Source of the DNA: Mycobacteriales bacterium
GTDB taxonomy: Bacteria > Actinomycetota > Actinomycetes > JAFAQI01
Reading direction: 5' to 3'
DNA length: 64,000 bases
NCBI GenBank assembly: GCA_035776655.1
Contig: DASTWK010000017.1
Span: 11,940 to 75,939 of the forward strand
Shown here: piece by piece, positions 37,892 through 48,159 of the stretch
Numbering within the stretch: position 1 is the stretch's first letter
How the letters are laid out: every line of letters begins with the position of its first letter
The notes under the pieces: generated by a model
The model's database searches: none
What the model was told of the DNA's origin: nothing
The model's input: the letters and a program-made list of their open reading frames with translations, nothing else
Position numbers and translations under genes: made by a program

Positions 37892-38544
37892 CGGCGGGCG
37901 CCGCAGCGGCCGCGTCCGACCAACCGTCGGCTCCGCGCGACCCACGGGTGACCCGCGCGGCGGTCATCGCCGCTGCCATGCGGCTGGTGGAGGAGCACGG
38001 TGTCGAGGCATTGACGATGCGGCGGCTGGCCGAGGAGCTCGGCGTGGCCGTCACGGCCATCTATTGGCACATCGGAAACCGGGACACGCTCGTCGACCTG
38101 CTGCTGCAACGGTTGCTCGAGGACATGGGCCGCATCAAGCCGCGGGGCCGCCAGCCCCGGACCCGCATCACCTCCATCGCCCGCGTGCTCAGGGCCGGAC
38201 TGCTGGCGCGGCCACACCTCATCGCGCTGGCCGACCAGCGGGGCAAGACGGCCGCGATGTTCCAGCCGGCGCAGGCCGCGCTGGCCGCGGAGCTCGCCGC
38301 CGTCGGGCTGCGTGGCCGCCCGGCCGCCGTCGTGATCCAAGCGGTGCAGTGTCACATCGTGGCGTCGGTCGTCCTCGCCCGAGCGCTGAGCCGCAGCCAC
38401 ACCCACGACAGCACCGATCCGCAGGTGTGGCCGGATGCTCCCGACGACCCGCAGCTAGTCGCCGCACTCGCCCGGCCGCCGGACCTGGACCGGGTCTTCG
38501 AGCTCGGCTTGCAGGCGTTGCTGGACGGTCTGTTGGCCGACTGA
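37888..38544 (+). CDS. TetR family transcriptional regulator
   Basis: GVEALTMRRLAEELGVAVTAIYWH HTH; GTGA overlap. Confidence 0.9.
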   Translation: MTAGAAAAASDQPSAPRDPRVTRAAVIAAAMRLVEEHGVEALTMRRLAEELGVAVTAIYWHIGNRDTLVDLLLQRLLEDMGRIKPRGRQPRTRITSIARVLRAGLLARPHLIALADQRGKTAAMFQPAQAALAAELAAVGLRGRPAAVVIQAVQCHIVASVVLARALSRSHTHDSTDPQVWPDAPDDPQLVAALARPPDLDRVFELGLQALLDGLLAD

Positions 38545-38616
38545 GCCGGCGGCATCCGCTTTCACCGGCTTCGGCCCGCGTGGCGGCCTGCAGCGGCATA
38601 CTGCCGGTCAGGGGGT

Positions 38617-41600
38617 GTGATGTCCGAGACCGCCACCGGCACCGCCACGGTGCTGTTCACCGACCTGGTCGGTTCGACGGAGCTGCGCAGCCGGCTCGGT
38701 GAGGAGGCGGGCGAGCGGCTGCGGCGTACTCACGACCGGCTCGTCATCGACGCCATCACCGCCCACGCCGGCACGGTGGTCAAAGGTCTGGGGGACGGGT
38801 TCCTGGCGACGTTCGCGGGTGCCGCCGACGCCGTGGGCGCAGCGGTCGAGGTGCAACGGGGGCTGGACCGGCTCAACCGGCGCAGCGTGGTGCAGCTCGC
38901 CATCCGCATCGGCATCAGCGCCGGCGACGTGACGTGGGCCGACGGCGACTGTTTCGGGCTGCCGGTCATCGAGGCGTCCCGGTTGTGCGCAGCCGCGGAT
39001 GGCGGCACGGTGCTGTGCGCCGAGACGGTGCGGTGGCTGGCGCGGGGCCACGGGTCGCACGAGTTCCGGGGCCGGGGTGAGATGCAGCTCAAGGGGCTGG
39101 ACGAGCCGACCGCGGTCTGCGAGGTGGCGTGGACGCCGCACCAGCGAGAGGTGGCGCTGCCGCCGGTGCTCAGTGGCGACGACAGCGTGCGCCTGGTCGG
39201 CCGGGTGACGGAGTGGGAAGAGCTCGGCACCGCCTGGAAACGGGCGGCCACCGGCGAGCGCGCTGTGGTGCTGCTGGCCGGTGAACCGGGAGTCGGCAAG
39301 ACCCGGCTCGCGGCCGAGCTGGCGCGCAGCGTCGCCGCCGACGGCGCCCACGTGCTCGGCGGACGTTGCGACGAGGACCTCGGCGTGCCCTACCAGCCGT
39401 TCGCGGAGGCGTTGCGGCATTACGTCCGCGGCCTGGACGGGGCGCCGCCGACGCTCGGCCAGGGCAGTGGCGACCTCGTGCGGTTGCTGCCGGAGCTGGC
39501 GACGCTGGTGCCGACGCTGCCGGATCCGGTGCGGTCGGAGTCCGAGGTGGAGCGCTACCGGCTCTTCGATGCCGTCGTCAGCTGGCTGACCGCACTCACG
39601 GCCGAGGCACCGGTGTTGCTGGTGCTCGACGACCTGCACTGGGCCGCGAAGCCCACGCTGCTGCTGCTGCGCCACCTGGTGCGGGCGGACGAGTCGGATC
39701 GCCTGCTGGTGGTCGGCACCTATCGCGACACCGATCTGAGCCGGACGCATCCGTTGGCCGAGACACTCGCCGACTTCCGCCGCGAAACCATCGTGACCCG
39801 GATGGCCGTGCGCGGGTTGGACGCGGCCGGCGTCGGCGCCTATCTCGAAGCGGTCGCCGGCCACGATCTCGACGACCGCGCGCTCGCACTCGCGCAAGCC
39901 ATCCATGCCGAGACCGAAGGCAACCCGTTCTTCGTCGGTGAGGTGCTTCGGCATCTGGCCGAGACCGGCGCGATCTACCAGCAGAACGGCCGCTGGACCT
40001 CCGACCTCACCATCGACCAGGCCGGGATCCCGGAGGGGGTGCGGGAGGTCATCGGGCGCCGCTTGTCGCGGTTGTCGCAGACGGCCAACACCGTCTTGAG
40101 CCGGGCGGCGGTCGTCGGCCTCAGCTTTGATGCGCGGCTGCTGCCGTCGGTGTGCGAGATGAGCGAGGACGACATCGACCTCGCGTTGGACGAGGCGGTG
40201 AGCGCGCGACTGGTCACCCCGGCACCTGGGTCGGCCACCCGCTTCCAGTTCGCCCATGGCCTGGTGCGAGCCACGCTCTACGACGAGCTGCCGTCCCTTC
40301 GTCGCATCCGCCTGCACCAACGGGTCGGCGAGGGGATCGAGCGGCTGGCACGGGGTCGCCTCGACGAGCACGTGTCCGACCTCGCCTTCCACTTCGGCGA
40401 GTCCGCAGCCGGTGGCGACCTGCACAAGGCCATCGACTACACGATGCGGGCCGGCAACCGCGCGCTGGCGCAGCACGCGGAGCCCGACGCCGTTCGGCTG
40501 TTCGGTCGCGCGCTCGAGTTGCTCGACGAAGTCGACGCGCCGGACCCCGCGCGGCGGTGTGATCTGCTCATCGGGCTGGGGATCGCGCAGCGCGACACCG
40601 GCGATCCGTCCTTCCGCCAGACCTTGCTCGATGCCGCGGCCGTCGCCGACGAACTCGGCGACGCGGACCGGCTGGCCTCGGCGGTGTTGGCGAACACCCG
40701 CGGTTACTGGAGCAACGCCGGCATCACCGACCAGGACCGGTTGCGATTCATCGACGCCGCCCTGGCTGCCGTCGGCACCCAGGACAGCCCGGTGCGCGCG
40801 CGGCTGCTGGCATTGCGGGCGGTCGAGCTGATGTGGGTGGCGGACAGCCGCGATCGCTATGCCACCGCCGAAACCGCCCTGGAGGTCGCGCGCCGGGTCG
40901 ACGACCCGGTGGTGACCGCCCGGGTCTACGGGCCCTATCTCGCCGCGCGCTTCGGCGCCTGGTCGACGGAGGAGCGGCGGCGGTTGCTGCCGGAGATCGC
41001 CACCGTGGCCGCCGAGGTCCAGGACCCGGGACTGGCCTTCGAAGGGGCCTGGTACGGCGTGATGTCCGCCCTCGAGAGCTGTGACCGTCAGTGGCTCGAC
41101 GCGTGTATGGCGGAGTGCCGTCGGATCTCGACGGAGCTCGGCCAGCCCCGGCGGCGGTGGGAGACGGCCGTGCAAGAGGCGGCGGTCGCCCTGGCGTGCG
41201 AGTGGCCCGCGGCGGCGGAGCAGCACGCAACCGCCGCCCTGGAGCTGGGGACGGCGGCCGGCCAACCCGACGCGTTCCTCTGGTACGCCGTGCAGATCAC
41301 GATCGTGCGCTGGCAGCAAGGCCGGGACGGAGAGCTGGCCCCGCTGCTCGCCGAGCAGGTGGCGAACATGCCGTCCGTGCCGGCGTGGGAGACGACGCTG
41401 GCGGTCGCCTCCCTCACCGTCGATCCAGGGCGCTCCCGGGAGATCCTCGACCGCTATGCGGCCACCGGCTTCCGGCTCCCGCAGGATCTCACCTGGTCCG
41501 TGGGCGTCGTCGGGCTCGCGATGGTCTGTGCGTGGCTACGGGTGCGCGACTACGCGCAGGAGCTCTATGGGCTGCTCGCGCCCTACGCCGGGCAGATGGT

Positions 41601-41919
41601 GACGCAGGGCATCGTCACCAGCGGCCCGATGGACTTCCACCTGGCTCGGCTGGCCGACGTGCTGGACGAGGGAGAGACCGCCGACCGGCACTTCGCCGAT
41701 GCTCTCGGCATGTGTGAGCGCTTCGGCGCACCGGGCTTCCGCGGCTATGTGCAGGCGGGGTGGGCCGCGAGCCTGCGCCGGCGCGGGGCAGACACCGCTC
41801 GGGTGAACGAGCTCTTGGTGGCGGCGCGCCGGGTGGCCGACGAGCTCGGCTGGCTGAGCATCACGAGCCTGCTGCAGAACGAAGGTCTCGGCGCCGACTC
41901 GAACGGCCGTGATTCCTAG
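38617..41919 (+). CDS. Class III adenylate cyclase domain + AAA/STAND ATPase + helical repeat region
   Basis: LFTDLVGST, KGLGDG, GDCFG; Walker A GEPGVGKT, LDDLHWAA, TEGNPFF; no C-terminal LuxR HTH seen. Confidence 0.9.
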   Translation: MMSETATGTATVLFTDLVGSTELRSRLGEEAGERLRRTHDRLVIDAITAHAGTVVKGLGDGFLATFAGAADAVGAAVEVQRGLDRLNRRSVVQLAIRIGISAGDVTWADGDCFGLPVIEASRLCAAADGGTVLCAETVRWLARGHGSHEFRGRGEMQLKGLDEPTAVCEVAWTPHQREVALPPVLSGDDSVRLVGRVTEWEELGTAWKRAATGERAVVLLAGEPGVGKTRLAAELARSVAADGAHVLGGRCDEDLGVPYQPFAEALRHYVRGLDGAPPTLGQGSGDLVRLLPELATLVPTLPDPVRSESEVERYRLFDAVVSWLTALTAEAPVLLVLDDLHWAAKPTLLLLRHLVRADESDRLLVVGTYRDTDLSRTHPLAETLADFRRETIVTRMAVRGLDAAGVGAYLEAVAGHDLDDRALALAQAIHAETEGNPFFVGEVLRHLAETGAIYQQNGRWTSDLTIDQAGIPEGVREVIGRRLSRLSQTANTVLSRAAVVGLSFDARLLPSVCEMSEDDIDLALDEAVSARLVTPAPGSATRFQFAHGLVRATLYDELPSLRRIRLHQRVGEGIERLARGRLDEHVSDLAFHFGESAAGGDLHKAIDYTMRAGNRALAQHAEPDAVRLFGRALELLDEVDAPDPARRCDLLIGLGIAQRDTGDPSFRQTLLDAAAVADELGDADRLASAVLANTRGYWSNAGITDQDRLRFIDAALAAVGTQDSPVRARLLALRAVELMWVADSRDRYATAETALEVARRVDDPVVTARVYGPYLAARFGAWSTEERRRLLPEIATVAAEVQDPGLAFEGAWYGVMSALESCDRQWLDACMAECRRISTELGQPRRRWETAVQEAAVALACEWPAAAEQHATAALELGTAAGQPDAFLWYAVQITIVRWQQGRDGELAPLLAEQVANMPSVPAWETTLAVASLTVDPGRSREILDRYAATGFRLPQDLTWSVGVVGLAMVCAWLRVRDYAQELYGLLAPYAGQMVTQGIVTSGPMDFHLARLADVLDEGETADRHFADALGMCERFGAPGFRGYVQAGWAASLRRRGADTARVNELLVAARRVADELGWLSITSLLQNEGLGADSNGRDS

Positions 41920-42188
41920 CGGTGCACGATGCGCGGGGCCGCGGCGGTAGCATCGAAGCGTCCAGAGGTGACCGTCCTCGATCGCGCCTCGCCTCGCGCA
42001 CCCCGCCCTGAACCGGCAGGTGATCCGACCGGTTCTGACCCAGCGCCGGCACCCCCGGCCGGTCGATCGCCCCGAAGCTGTTCGGACGGTCGGGCCGCGG
42101 CGGATGCTGCGTCGCGCGTGACCAGTGGTCGCCCACGGGCGGCAAGCGTCGTGATGCACGGCGGCGGTTCGTCTTCGAGGAGAAGCTC

Positions 42189-44318
42189 GTGGTCCCACCA
42201 GGGCGGCGCCGGTCCGGCGGCGGCCGCACAGCGCCGCAGCGGGCCGGATCCAGCCCGCGGCCGGAGGAGGGACCGATCCCGGTGCTGGCGCGCGCGGTTC
42301 GCGGCGTGGAGCTCGACGTTCAGCACGGTCGCGTCTCTGCGGCGACCCGGGCCAGGTTCCAAGCCGTGTCCCTGCTGGTCCGCGAGTTGCGTGCGGAAGC
42401 GAAGTCCGGTGCCCTGAGCGACGCCCAGCGCGACGTGCAGCTGAAACGGATCGAGGGAGTCGCGACGGTGCTCGCCCGCTCTGCCGCGGGAGATGCGTCG
42501 CTCCTGGCGCTCCTGACGGACGACGCCGACCTGCTCCACGGCACGCACGAGGCGCTGCGCGAGCTGCGTCTGGCTGCCGGCATGGCCCCGGCGCCGGAGC
42601 CCGTGTCCGCGGAGCCGGAGGGGGCAGCGGCAGCCGCCGCCGATCGTCGGGTCGTGCCGCAGTCGGTCATCGCCCGGCAGTTGTCGAACCCGTTCCTCGC
42701 GCCGGACTACTCCGCCCCACTGCCTCCCCGCGGGCGGCCCCGGCTGCTGGCGGGATGGGAGCTGCTCGGCCCGCTCCTGCGCGCGTTCGAGACCGCCTCC
42801 GGTGGGGCGCCGTCGTGCATGCCGCTGCCCGCCCCGTCGGCGTGGCCCGGTGGCGCCGGCCCCGACCTCATGCCGCACCAGGCGCAGGTCGTGGCGGCCG
42901 CCGCGGCCGGCCATCGCACGTTCCTCCTGGCCGACGAGCCGGGCCTCGGCAAGACGGCTCAGGCGCTGCTCGCGGCCGAGGCGGCCAACGCCTATCCGCT
43001 GCTGGCCGTGGTCCCCAACGTCGTGAAGACCAGTTGGGCGCGCGAGGCGGAGCTGTGGACGCCCAAGCATCCGGTCACCGTCATTCACAGCGATGGTGAA
43101 ACCGTCGACGCCTTCTGCGACATCGTCGTCGTCAATTACGACGTGCTGGACCGGCACGTCGGTTGGCTGGGGATGCACGGGTTCCGCGGCATGGTGGTCG
43201 ACGAGGCGCACTTCATCAAGAACAAGACCTCGCAGCGCTCCCGCAACGTGCTCGAGCTGTCCGAGCGCATCCGCTCCCGCACCGTGCGTCCGCTGCTCAT
43301 GGCGCTGACCGGCACGCCGCTCATCAACGACATCGAGGACTTCCTGGCCATCTGGGAGTTCCTCGGCTGGATCGGCGCGTCCGAGCCCCGCGGCGAGCTG
43401 ATGGACGCGCTCGAGCGCAACGGCATGACCCCGGCCGACCCGGACTTTTATCCGGCCGCGCGATCGGCAGTGATCGACATGGGCATCGTCCGCCGGCGCA
43501 AGGTGGACGTCGCGGCCGACATCCCGGCGCGGCGCATCGCCGACATGCCGGTGGAGCTCGACGGTGCGCTGGGCAGCTCGATCCGTGCGGCCGAACGAGC
43601 GTTGGCGAAGCGGCTGGTGAAGCGCTACCAGAGCGCGCTCGAAGCCCGCACGGGTGGAGCGGTTCCCGACGGCATCGACCTCGCCCTGGTCCGCCAGGTG
43701 GCCACCTGGGAGCGGCAGGACGCGAAGGAGGCCAGCGGCGAGGACAACGTCTTCAAGCTGATGCGCCGGATCGGGCAGGCCAAGGCGGCCCTCGCTGCGG
43801 ACTACGCCGCGCAGTTGTCGCACAACGTCGGCAAGGTCGTCTTCTTCGCCAAGCACATCGACGTGATGGACGCGGCCGAGGAGACGTTCACGCGCCGCGG
43901 CATCGGCTTCTCCTCGGTCCGCGGCGAGCAGACGACCCGGGTCCGCCAGCGCAACATCGACGCCTTCGTCAACGACGACGACATCGCCATCGCGGTCTGT
44001 TCGCTGACCGCCGCCGGCGTCGGCCTGAACCTGCAGGTCGCGTCCAACGTCGTCCTCGCCGAGCTGTCCTGGACGGCCGCCGAGCAGACCCAGGCGATCG
44101 ACCGGGTGCACCGCATCGGGCAGGACCAGCCGGTGACGGCATGGCGCATCATCGCGGCGCAGACGATCGACGCCCGCGTCGCCGAGCTCATCGACAGCAA
44201 GGCCGGTCTCGCCGCCCGCGCCCTCGACGGGTCGGACGACGAGAGCGCTTCGTCCGTCGACGTTCAGCTCGAGGCGCTGGTGACGCTGCTCACCGACGCG
44301 CTGGCCCAGCTGGCTTGA
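42189..44318 (+). CDS. SNF2-like DEAH/DEAD-box helicase
   Basis: ADEPGLGKT, VVDEAH, LTGTP, QAIDRVHRIGQ; start uncertain (42189 or 42282). Confidence 0.88.
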   Translation: MVPPGRRRSGGGRTAPQRAGSSPRPEEGPIPVLARAVRGVELDVQHGRVSAATRARFQAVSLLVRELRAEAKSGALSDAQRDVQLKRIEGVATVLARSAAGDASLLALLTDDADLLHGTHEALRELRLAAGMAPAPEPVSAEPEGAAAAAADRRVVPQSVIARQLSNPFLAPDYSAPLPPRGRPRLLAGWELLGPLLRAFETASGGAPSCMPLPAPSAWPGGAGPDLMPHQAQVVAAAAAGHRTFLLADEPGLGKTAQALLAAEAANAYPLLAVVPNVVKTSWAREAELWTPKHPVTVIHSDGETVDAFCDIVVVNYDVLDRHVGWLGMHGFRGMVVDEAHFIKNKTSQRSRNVLELSERIRSRTVRPLLMALTGTPLINDIEDFLAIWEFLGWIGASEPRGELMDALERNGMTPADPDFYPAARSAVIDMGIVRRRKVDVAADIPARRIADMPVELDGALGSSIRAAERALAKRLVKRYQSALEARTGGAVPDGIDLALVRQVATWERQDAKEASGEDNVFKLMRRIGQAKAALAADYAAQLSHNVGKVVFFAKHIDVMDAAEETFTRRGIGFSSVRGEQTTRVRQRNIDAFVNDDDIAIAVCSLTAAGVGLNLQVASNVVLAELSWTAAEQTQAIDRVHRIGQDQPVTAWRIIAAQTIDARVAELIDSKAGLAARALDGSDDESASSVDVQLEALVTLLTDALAQLA

Positions 44319-44363
44319 TCACGGCAGTCGCCGGTACGGCGCGGCCGTGGTGCTTCGCCGTCG

Positions 44364-45593
44364 TCAGGCGGCGGCGCGTTCCCGCAGGTCGGTCGGCGCG
44401 GCTGCCTCGGCCGGCGCCGGTCGCGTGGTGCCGGCGACGTGACCCCGCAGCAACCGGATGAGCTTGCGCGGGCTCGTCGCCGTCTCCGCGACCGTGGCGG
44501 CCCTGACCGCAACGTCGTTGGGGAGCGCGAGCCGGAACACCTTCGACCACGCTGAGGCGACCTGCGTCGGCAGCGAGCCGACGGTGTAGCTCAGGCCGTA
44601 CCGGTCGAACAGCTCACGCACCTTGGGCGCGATCTCCTGGTAACGGTTGCTCGGCAGGTCGGGGAACAGGTGGTGCTCGATCTGGTAGGAGAGGTTGCCG
44701 GTCATCAGGTGCAGCGCCGGCCCACCGCTGATGTTGGCGGACCCGAGCATCTGCCGCAGGTACCACTCGCCACGGCTTTCGCCCTCGATCGAGCTCTTCT
44801 GGAAGGTCTCGACCCCTTCGGGGAAGTGGCCACACATGATGACCGAGTGGGTCCAGAGGTTGCGCACGAGGTTTGCGGTGACGTTGGCGGCGAACGTCGT
44901 GACCGCTGAGGGGCCGGACAGCAGCGGGTGCACGACGTAGTCGCGGGTCGCCTGGGTGCGGATCTTCGTCAGCACCTGCTTGGCCTGGCGGCGGAACTCC
45001 GGGTCGTCTTTGCGGCCGGGGAAACGCTTGGGGAGCTCGAGGTCGTAGACCGCGATCCCGTACTCGAACAGGCACGCGTTCAGGAAGTTCCACAGCGGTT
45101 GGCCGAGGTGGAACGGACTCCAGCGCTGGTCCTCGTCGACGCGCATGATGCCGTAGCCCAAGTCGTTGTCCCGGCCGAGCACGTTCGTATAGGTGTGGTG
45201 CAGCTCGTTGTGGGAGTGCTTCCACTGCGCGGCCGGGGAGGCGTTGTCCCACTCCCATGTCGTGGAGTGGATCTTCGGGTCGCGCATCCAGTCCCACTGG
45301 CCGTGCATCACGTTGTGCCCGATCTCCATGTTCTCGAGGATCTTGGACACGGACAGCCCGACCGTGCCGGCGAGCCATGCCGGCGGGAACAGCGACGCCA
45401 GCAACACCGCACGGCTGGCGAGCTCGAGCTTTCGTTGCGCGTCGATGACCCGGCGGATGTAGGCCGCGTCGCGTTCGCCGCGGCTCGCCACCACCTGGTC
45501 ACGGATGGCGTCGAGCTCGCGACCGAGGTTCTCGATGTCGGCGGGAGTGAGGTGCGCAATCGGGTTGGACGTCTTGTTCTGCAGAGCGGTCAT
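44364..45593 (-). CDS. Acyl-CoA/fatty acid desaturase (DesA3-like)
   Basis: His boxes EIGHNVMH, WKHSHNELHH, QIEHH. Confidence 0.92.
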   Translation of the reverse strand: MTALQNKTSNPIAHLTPADIENLGRELDAIRDQVVASRGERDAAYIRRVIDAQRKLELASRAVLLASLFPPAWLAGTVGLSVSKILENMEIGHNVMHGQWDWMRDPKIHSTTWEWDNASPAAQWKHSHNELHHTYTNVLGRDNDLGYGIMRVDEDQRWSPFHLGQPLWNFLNACLFEYGIAVYDLELPKRFPGRKDDPEFRRQAKQVLTKIRTQATRDYVVHPLLSGPSAVTTFAANVTANLVRNLWTHSVIMCGHFPEGVETFQKSSIEGESRGEWYLRQMLGSANISGGPALHLMTGNLSYQIEHHLFPDLPSNRYQEIAPKVRELFDRYGLSYTVGSLPTQVASAWSKVFRLALPNDVAVRAATVAETATSPRKLIRLLRGHVAGTTRPAPAEAAAPTDLRERAAA

Positions 45594-45622
45594 GGCTGCT
45601 CCTGTGGTCGGTGTGGTCAGGG

Positions 45623-46714
45623 TCAGAGGTCGAGCTGGCAGGCACCGGCGGCGGCGGAGACGCAGGTCTGGACGCGCACGCCGTCACCCGGGACAGCGGT
45701 GGTGAGGTCGCCGGTCCGCAGGTCACGCACGGCGCCCTCTCGCAGCGGGACCACGCAGCCGAAGCAGATGCCCATCCGGCAGCCCGAGGGCATCAGCACG
45801 CCGGCCGCTTCGCCGGCGTCGAGGATCGGGGTGCGGCCGTCGGCTTCCACCGACACTCCGCTCCGGGCAAACGTCACGGTGCCGCCGTCGCCGGCGACGA
45901 CCACCGTCGGACGGAACCGCTCCGTGTGCAGGCGGGCGCCGATGCCGAGCTGCTCCCAGTGGTCGCCGAGTGCGTCGAGCATCGGCGTGGGCCCGCAGGC
46001 CCAGGTCTCGCGGGCGGCCAGGTCGGGCACCAGGGCGTGCAGCTCCTCGACCGTGAGGATGCCCTCGCTGTCGGTGTGTCGCTCGACCAGCCGGATCCGG
46101 CCGCGGCGAGCCAGCTGGCGCAACTCGCCGCCGAAGATGGCATCGGCCGCGGTCGGCGCCGAGTGGACGACGACGACGTCGGGCAGCTCGTCGAGCGCGT
46201 GGCGCAGCATGCCCATCACCGGCGTGATGCCGCTGCCCGCGGTGACGAACAGCACCTGTCGCGGTCGTGGCGTCGGCAGCACGAACTCGCCGGTCGCCTG
46301 GTCGAGTTGGACGATCGTGCCGCTCCGCGCCCGGCGTACCAGATAAGAGCTGACCTTGCCGCCGTCGATCGCCTTGACGGTGATCGTCAGGCAGCCATCG
46401 GGTCGCTCCGGAGACGAGGTGAGGGAATAGGCCCGCCACTGTCGGACGCCGTCGACGTCGACGCCGATGCGCACGTACTGCCCCGGCACGTGCGGGCGCC
46501 AGCCGCGACCGGGCTCGAGGACGAGCGTCACCGCATCGCGGGTCTCCGGATGCGACGCGACGATGCGGGCGCGCAGCTGTGCGGGTGACCGCAGCGGACT
46601 GAGCACGTCGAGGTAGTCCGCCGGCACCAGAGGTGTCGTCACCAGCTCGGCCAGCCGCAGCACCCGCTCGAGCAGCGGTCGAGCGGGTGCAGCCGGCTCG
46701 GCGGTCATCGTCAT
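45623..46714 (-). CDS. Ferredoxin reductase partner of the desaturase (FNR + 2Fe-2S)
   Basis: RAYSLTS, AGSGITP, CGP, GCRMGICFGC, QTC. Confidence 0.92.
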   Translation of the reverse strand: MTMTAEPAAPARPLLERVLRLAELVTTPLVPADYLDVLSPLRSPAQLRARIVASHPETRDAVTLVLEPGRGWRPHVPGQYVRIGVDVDGVRQWRAYSLTSSPERPDGCLTITVKAIDGGKVSSYLVRRARSGTIVQLDQATGEFVLPTPRPRQVLFVTAGSGITPVMGMLRHALDELPDVVVVHSAPTAADAIFGGELRQLARRGRIRLVERHTDSEGILTVEELHALVPDLAARETWACGPTPMLDALGDHWEQLGIGARLHTERFRPTVVVAGDGGTVTFARSGVSVEADGRTPILDAGEAAGVLMPSGCRMGICFGCVVPLREGAVRDLRTGDLTTAVPGDGVRVQTCVSAAAGACQLDL

Positions 46715-46801
46715 GACTCCATGCTGATGCGCCAGGCGAGGTAAAGTCCTGGCCGTGAGGCGTGAAGAATCGTGGCTCCGCTGTTCGGAGCGAACAATCT
46801 G

Positions 46802-48061
46802 ATGCGAAAGCGGTCAGCGGACAGCCCGACCGCTCCCGGTGCGGCCGGGCTGGCGCTGGACCCGGGCATCGCGGCCGGGCTGCGGGGGCGACTGCCCGCC
46901 GTCGCCGAGCTCACCGTGGCGGCCGTGACCGCCGAGGTACCGGGGTACGCCGGGGCGCTCAGCGGCGAGATGGGCGCCAACATCGAGCAGGCGGTGCAGA
47001 TGGCCCTCGGCGGGTTCCTGCGACTGGCCGAGCAGCCGCGCGGCGCGGATGCGAGCACCCCGCTGCAGCCGGCGCGAGAGGCGGCGTATGCCCTCGGCCG
47101 GGGCGAAGCGCGCAGTGGTCGCACGATGGACGCGCTGCTGGCGGCCTATCGGGTGGGGGCGCGGGTCGCGTGGCGCGAGCTGTCGGCCATCGCGGTGGAG
47201 CACGGGCTGCCGGCACCGCGGGTGGCGAAGTTCGCGGAGCTGGTCTTCGCCTACATCGACGAGCTGTCCGCGGCCAGCGTCGCCGGGCATGCTGACGAGC
47301 TGGCCGCCGCCGGTCGGGTGCGCCGGCGCTATCAGGAGCGGCTGGCGCAGAACCTCGTCAGCGGGGCACCGGCAGACGTTGTCATCGCCAGCGCCGAGCG
47401 GGCGGAGTGGCCGGCACCGCGGACGCTCACCGCCCTGCTCGTGCCGTCGGCCGAGGTCGCGCGCGTGCTGTCGCGGCTCGACCCACGGACCCTGGAGCTG
47501 GCGGGGGACCAGGCCGGACTGGAGGCGAGCGAGGACCTCACCGTGCTGCTGGTGCCGGACGCCGACGGAGCGCGCCGGCCAGTGCTGATGCGCACGTTGC
47601 GCGGGCGCCCGGTCGCGGTAGGACCGGCCCGGCCCTGGGCCGAGGTGCGGGCGTCGTACCTGCGCGCGGTGCGCGCGCACCGGCTGTTCGGTCCGCGCGA
47701 CAGCGATCCGGCGTCGGGGACGAGCGTCTCCGTGCGGCCGCTGGACACCGACGAGCTGCTGCCCGAGCTGGTGCTCGGGGCCGACACCGAAGCCCTCGCC
47801 GATCTGCGGGAGCGGGCGCTGGCGCCGCTGGCGGAGCTGCGGCCGGAGGCCGCCGGCCGGTTGGCCGAGACGTTGGCCTCGTGGCTGCTGCACCTCGGGC
47901 GACGGGACGAGGTCGCGGCCGAGCTGCACGTGCACCCACAGACGGTGCGTTACCGGATGACTCAGCTGCGCCAGCTCTATGGCGATCGGCTGAACGAGCC
48001 GCGCACCGTGCTGGAGCTCACCGTCGCGCTGGGTCTCGATCTTCGGCCCGAGATCGGGTGA
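46802..48061 (+). CDS. PucR/CdaR family transcriptional regulator
   Basis: C-terminal HTH AAELHVHPQTVRYR; divergent from the desaturase pair; start 46772 or 46802. Confidence 0.88.
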   Translation: MRKRSADSPTAPGAAGLALDPGIAAGLRGRLPAVAELTVAAVTAEVPGYAGALSGEMGANIEQAVQMALGGFLRLAEQPRGADASTPLQPAREAAYALGRGEARSGRTMDALLAAYRVGARVAWRELSAIAVEHGLPAPRVAKFAELVFAYIDELSAASVAGHADELAAAGRVRRRYQERLAQNLVSGAPADVVIASAERAEWPAPRTLTALLVPSAEVARVLSRLDPRTLELAGDQAGLEASEDLTVLLVPDADGARRPVLMRTLRGRPVAVGPARPWAEVRASYLRAVRAHRLFGPRDSDPASGTSVSVRPLDTDELLPELVLGADTEALADLRERALAPLAELRPEAAGRLAETLASWLLHLGRRDEVAAELHVHPQTVRYRMTQLRQLYGDRLNEPRTVLELTVALGLDLRPEIG

Positions 48062-48159
48062 GAGGCGCGTGGCCGGCCTGCCGGTTCGGTCCGGCTCCGG
48101 CGGCTACGCTCCTGCGGGACTGCCGCTTGCTGCCTACGTTGTTCGGTCTGGAGGTCACC

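Noticed and set aside
42189-44318. SNF2-like helicase as a possible defence system
   Set aside because: Stand-alone, with no nuclease, methylase or other defence partner adjacent; resembles a common actinobacterial helicase.
44364-48061. Desaturase-reductase-PucR triad
   Set aside because: A well-known conserved actinobacterial arrangement (DesA3/Rv3230c-like); nothing unusual seen.
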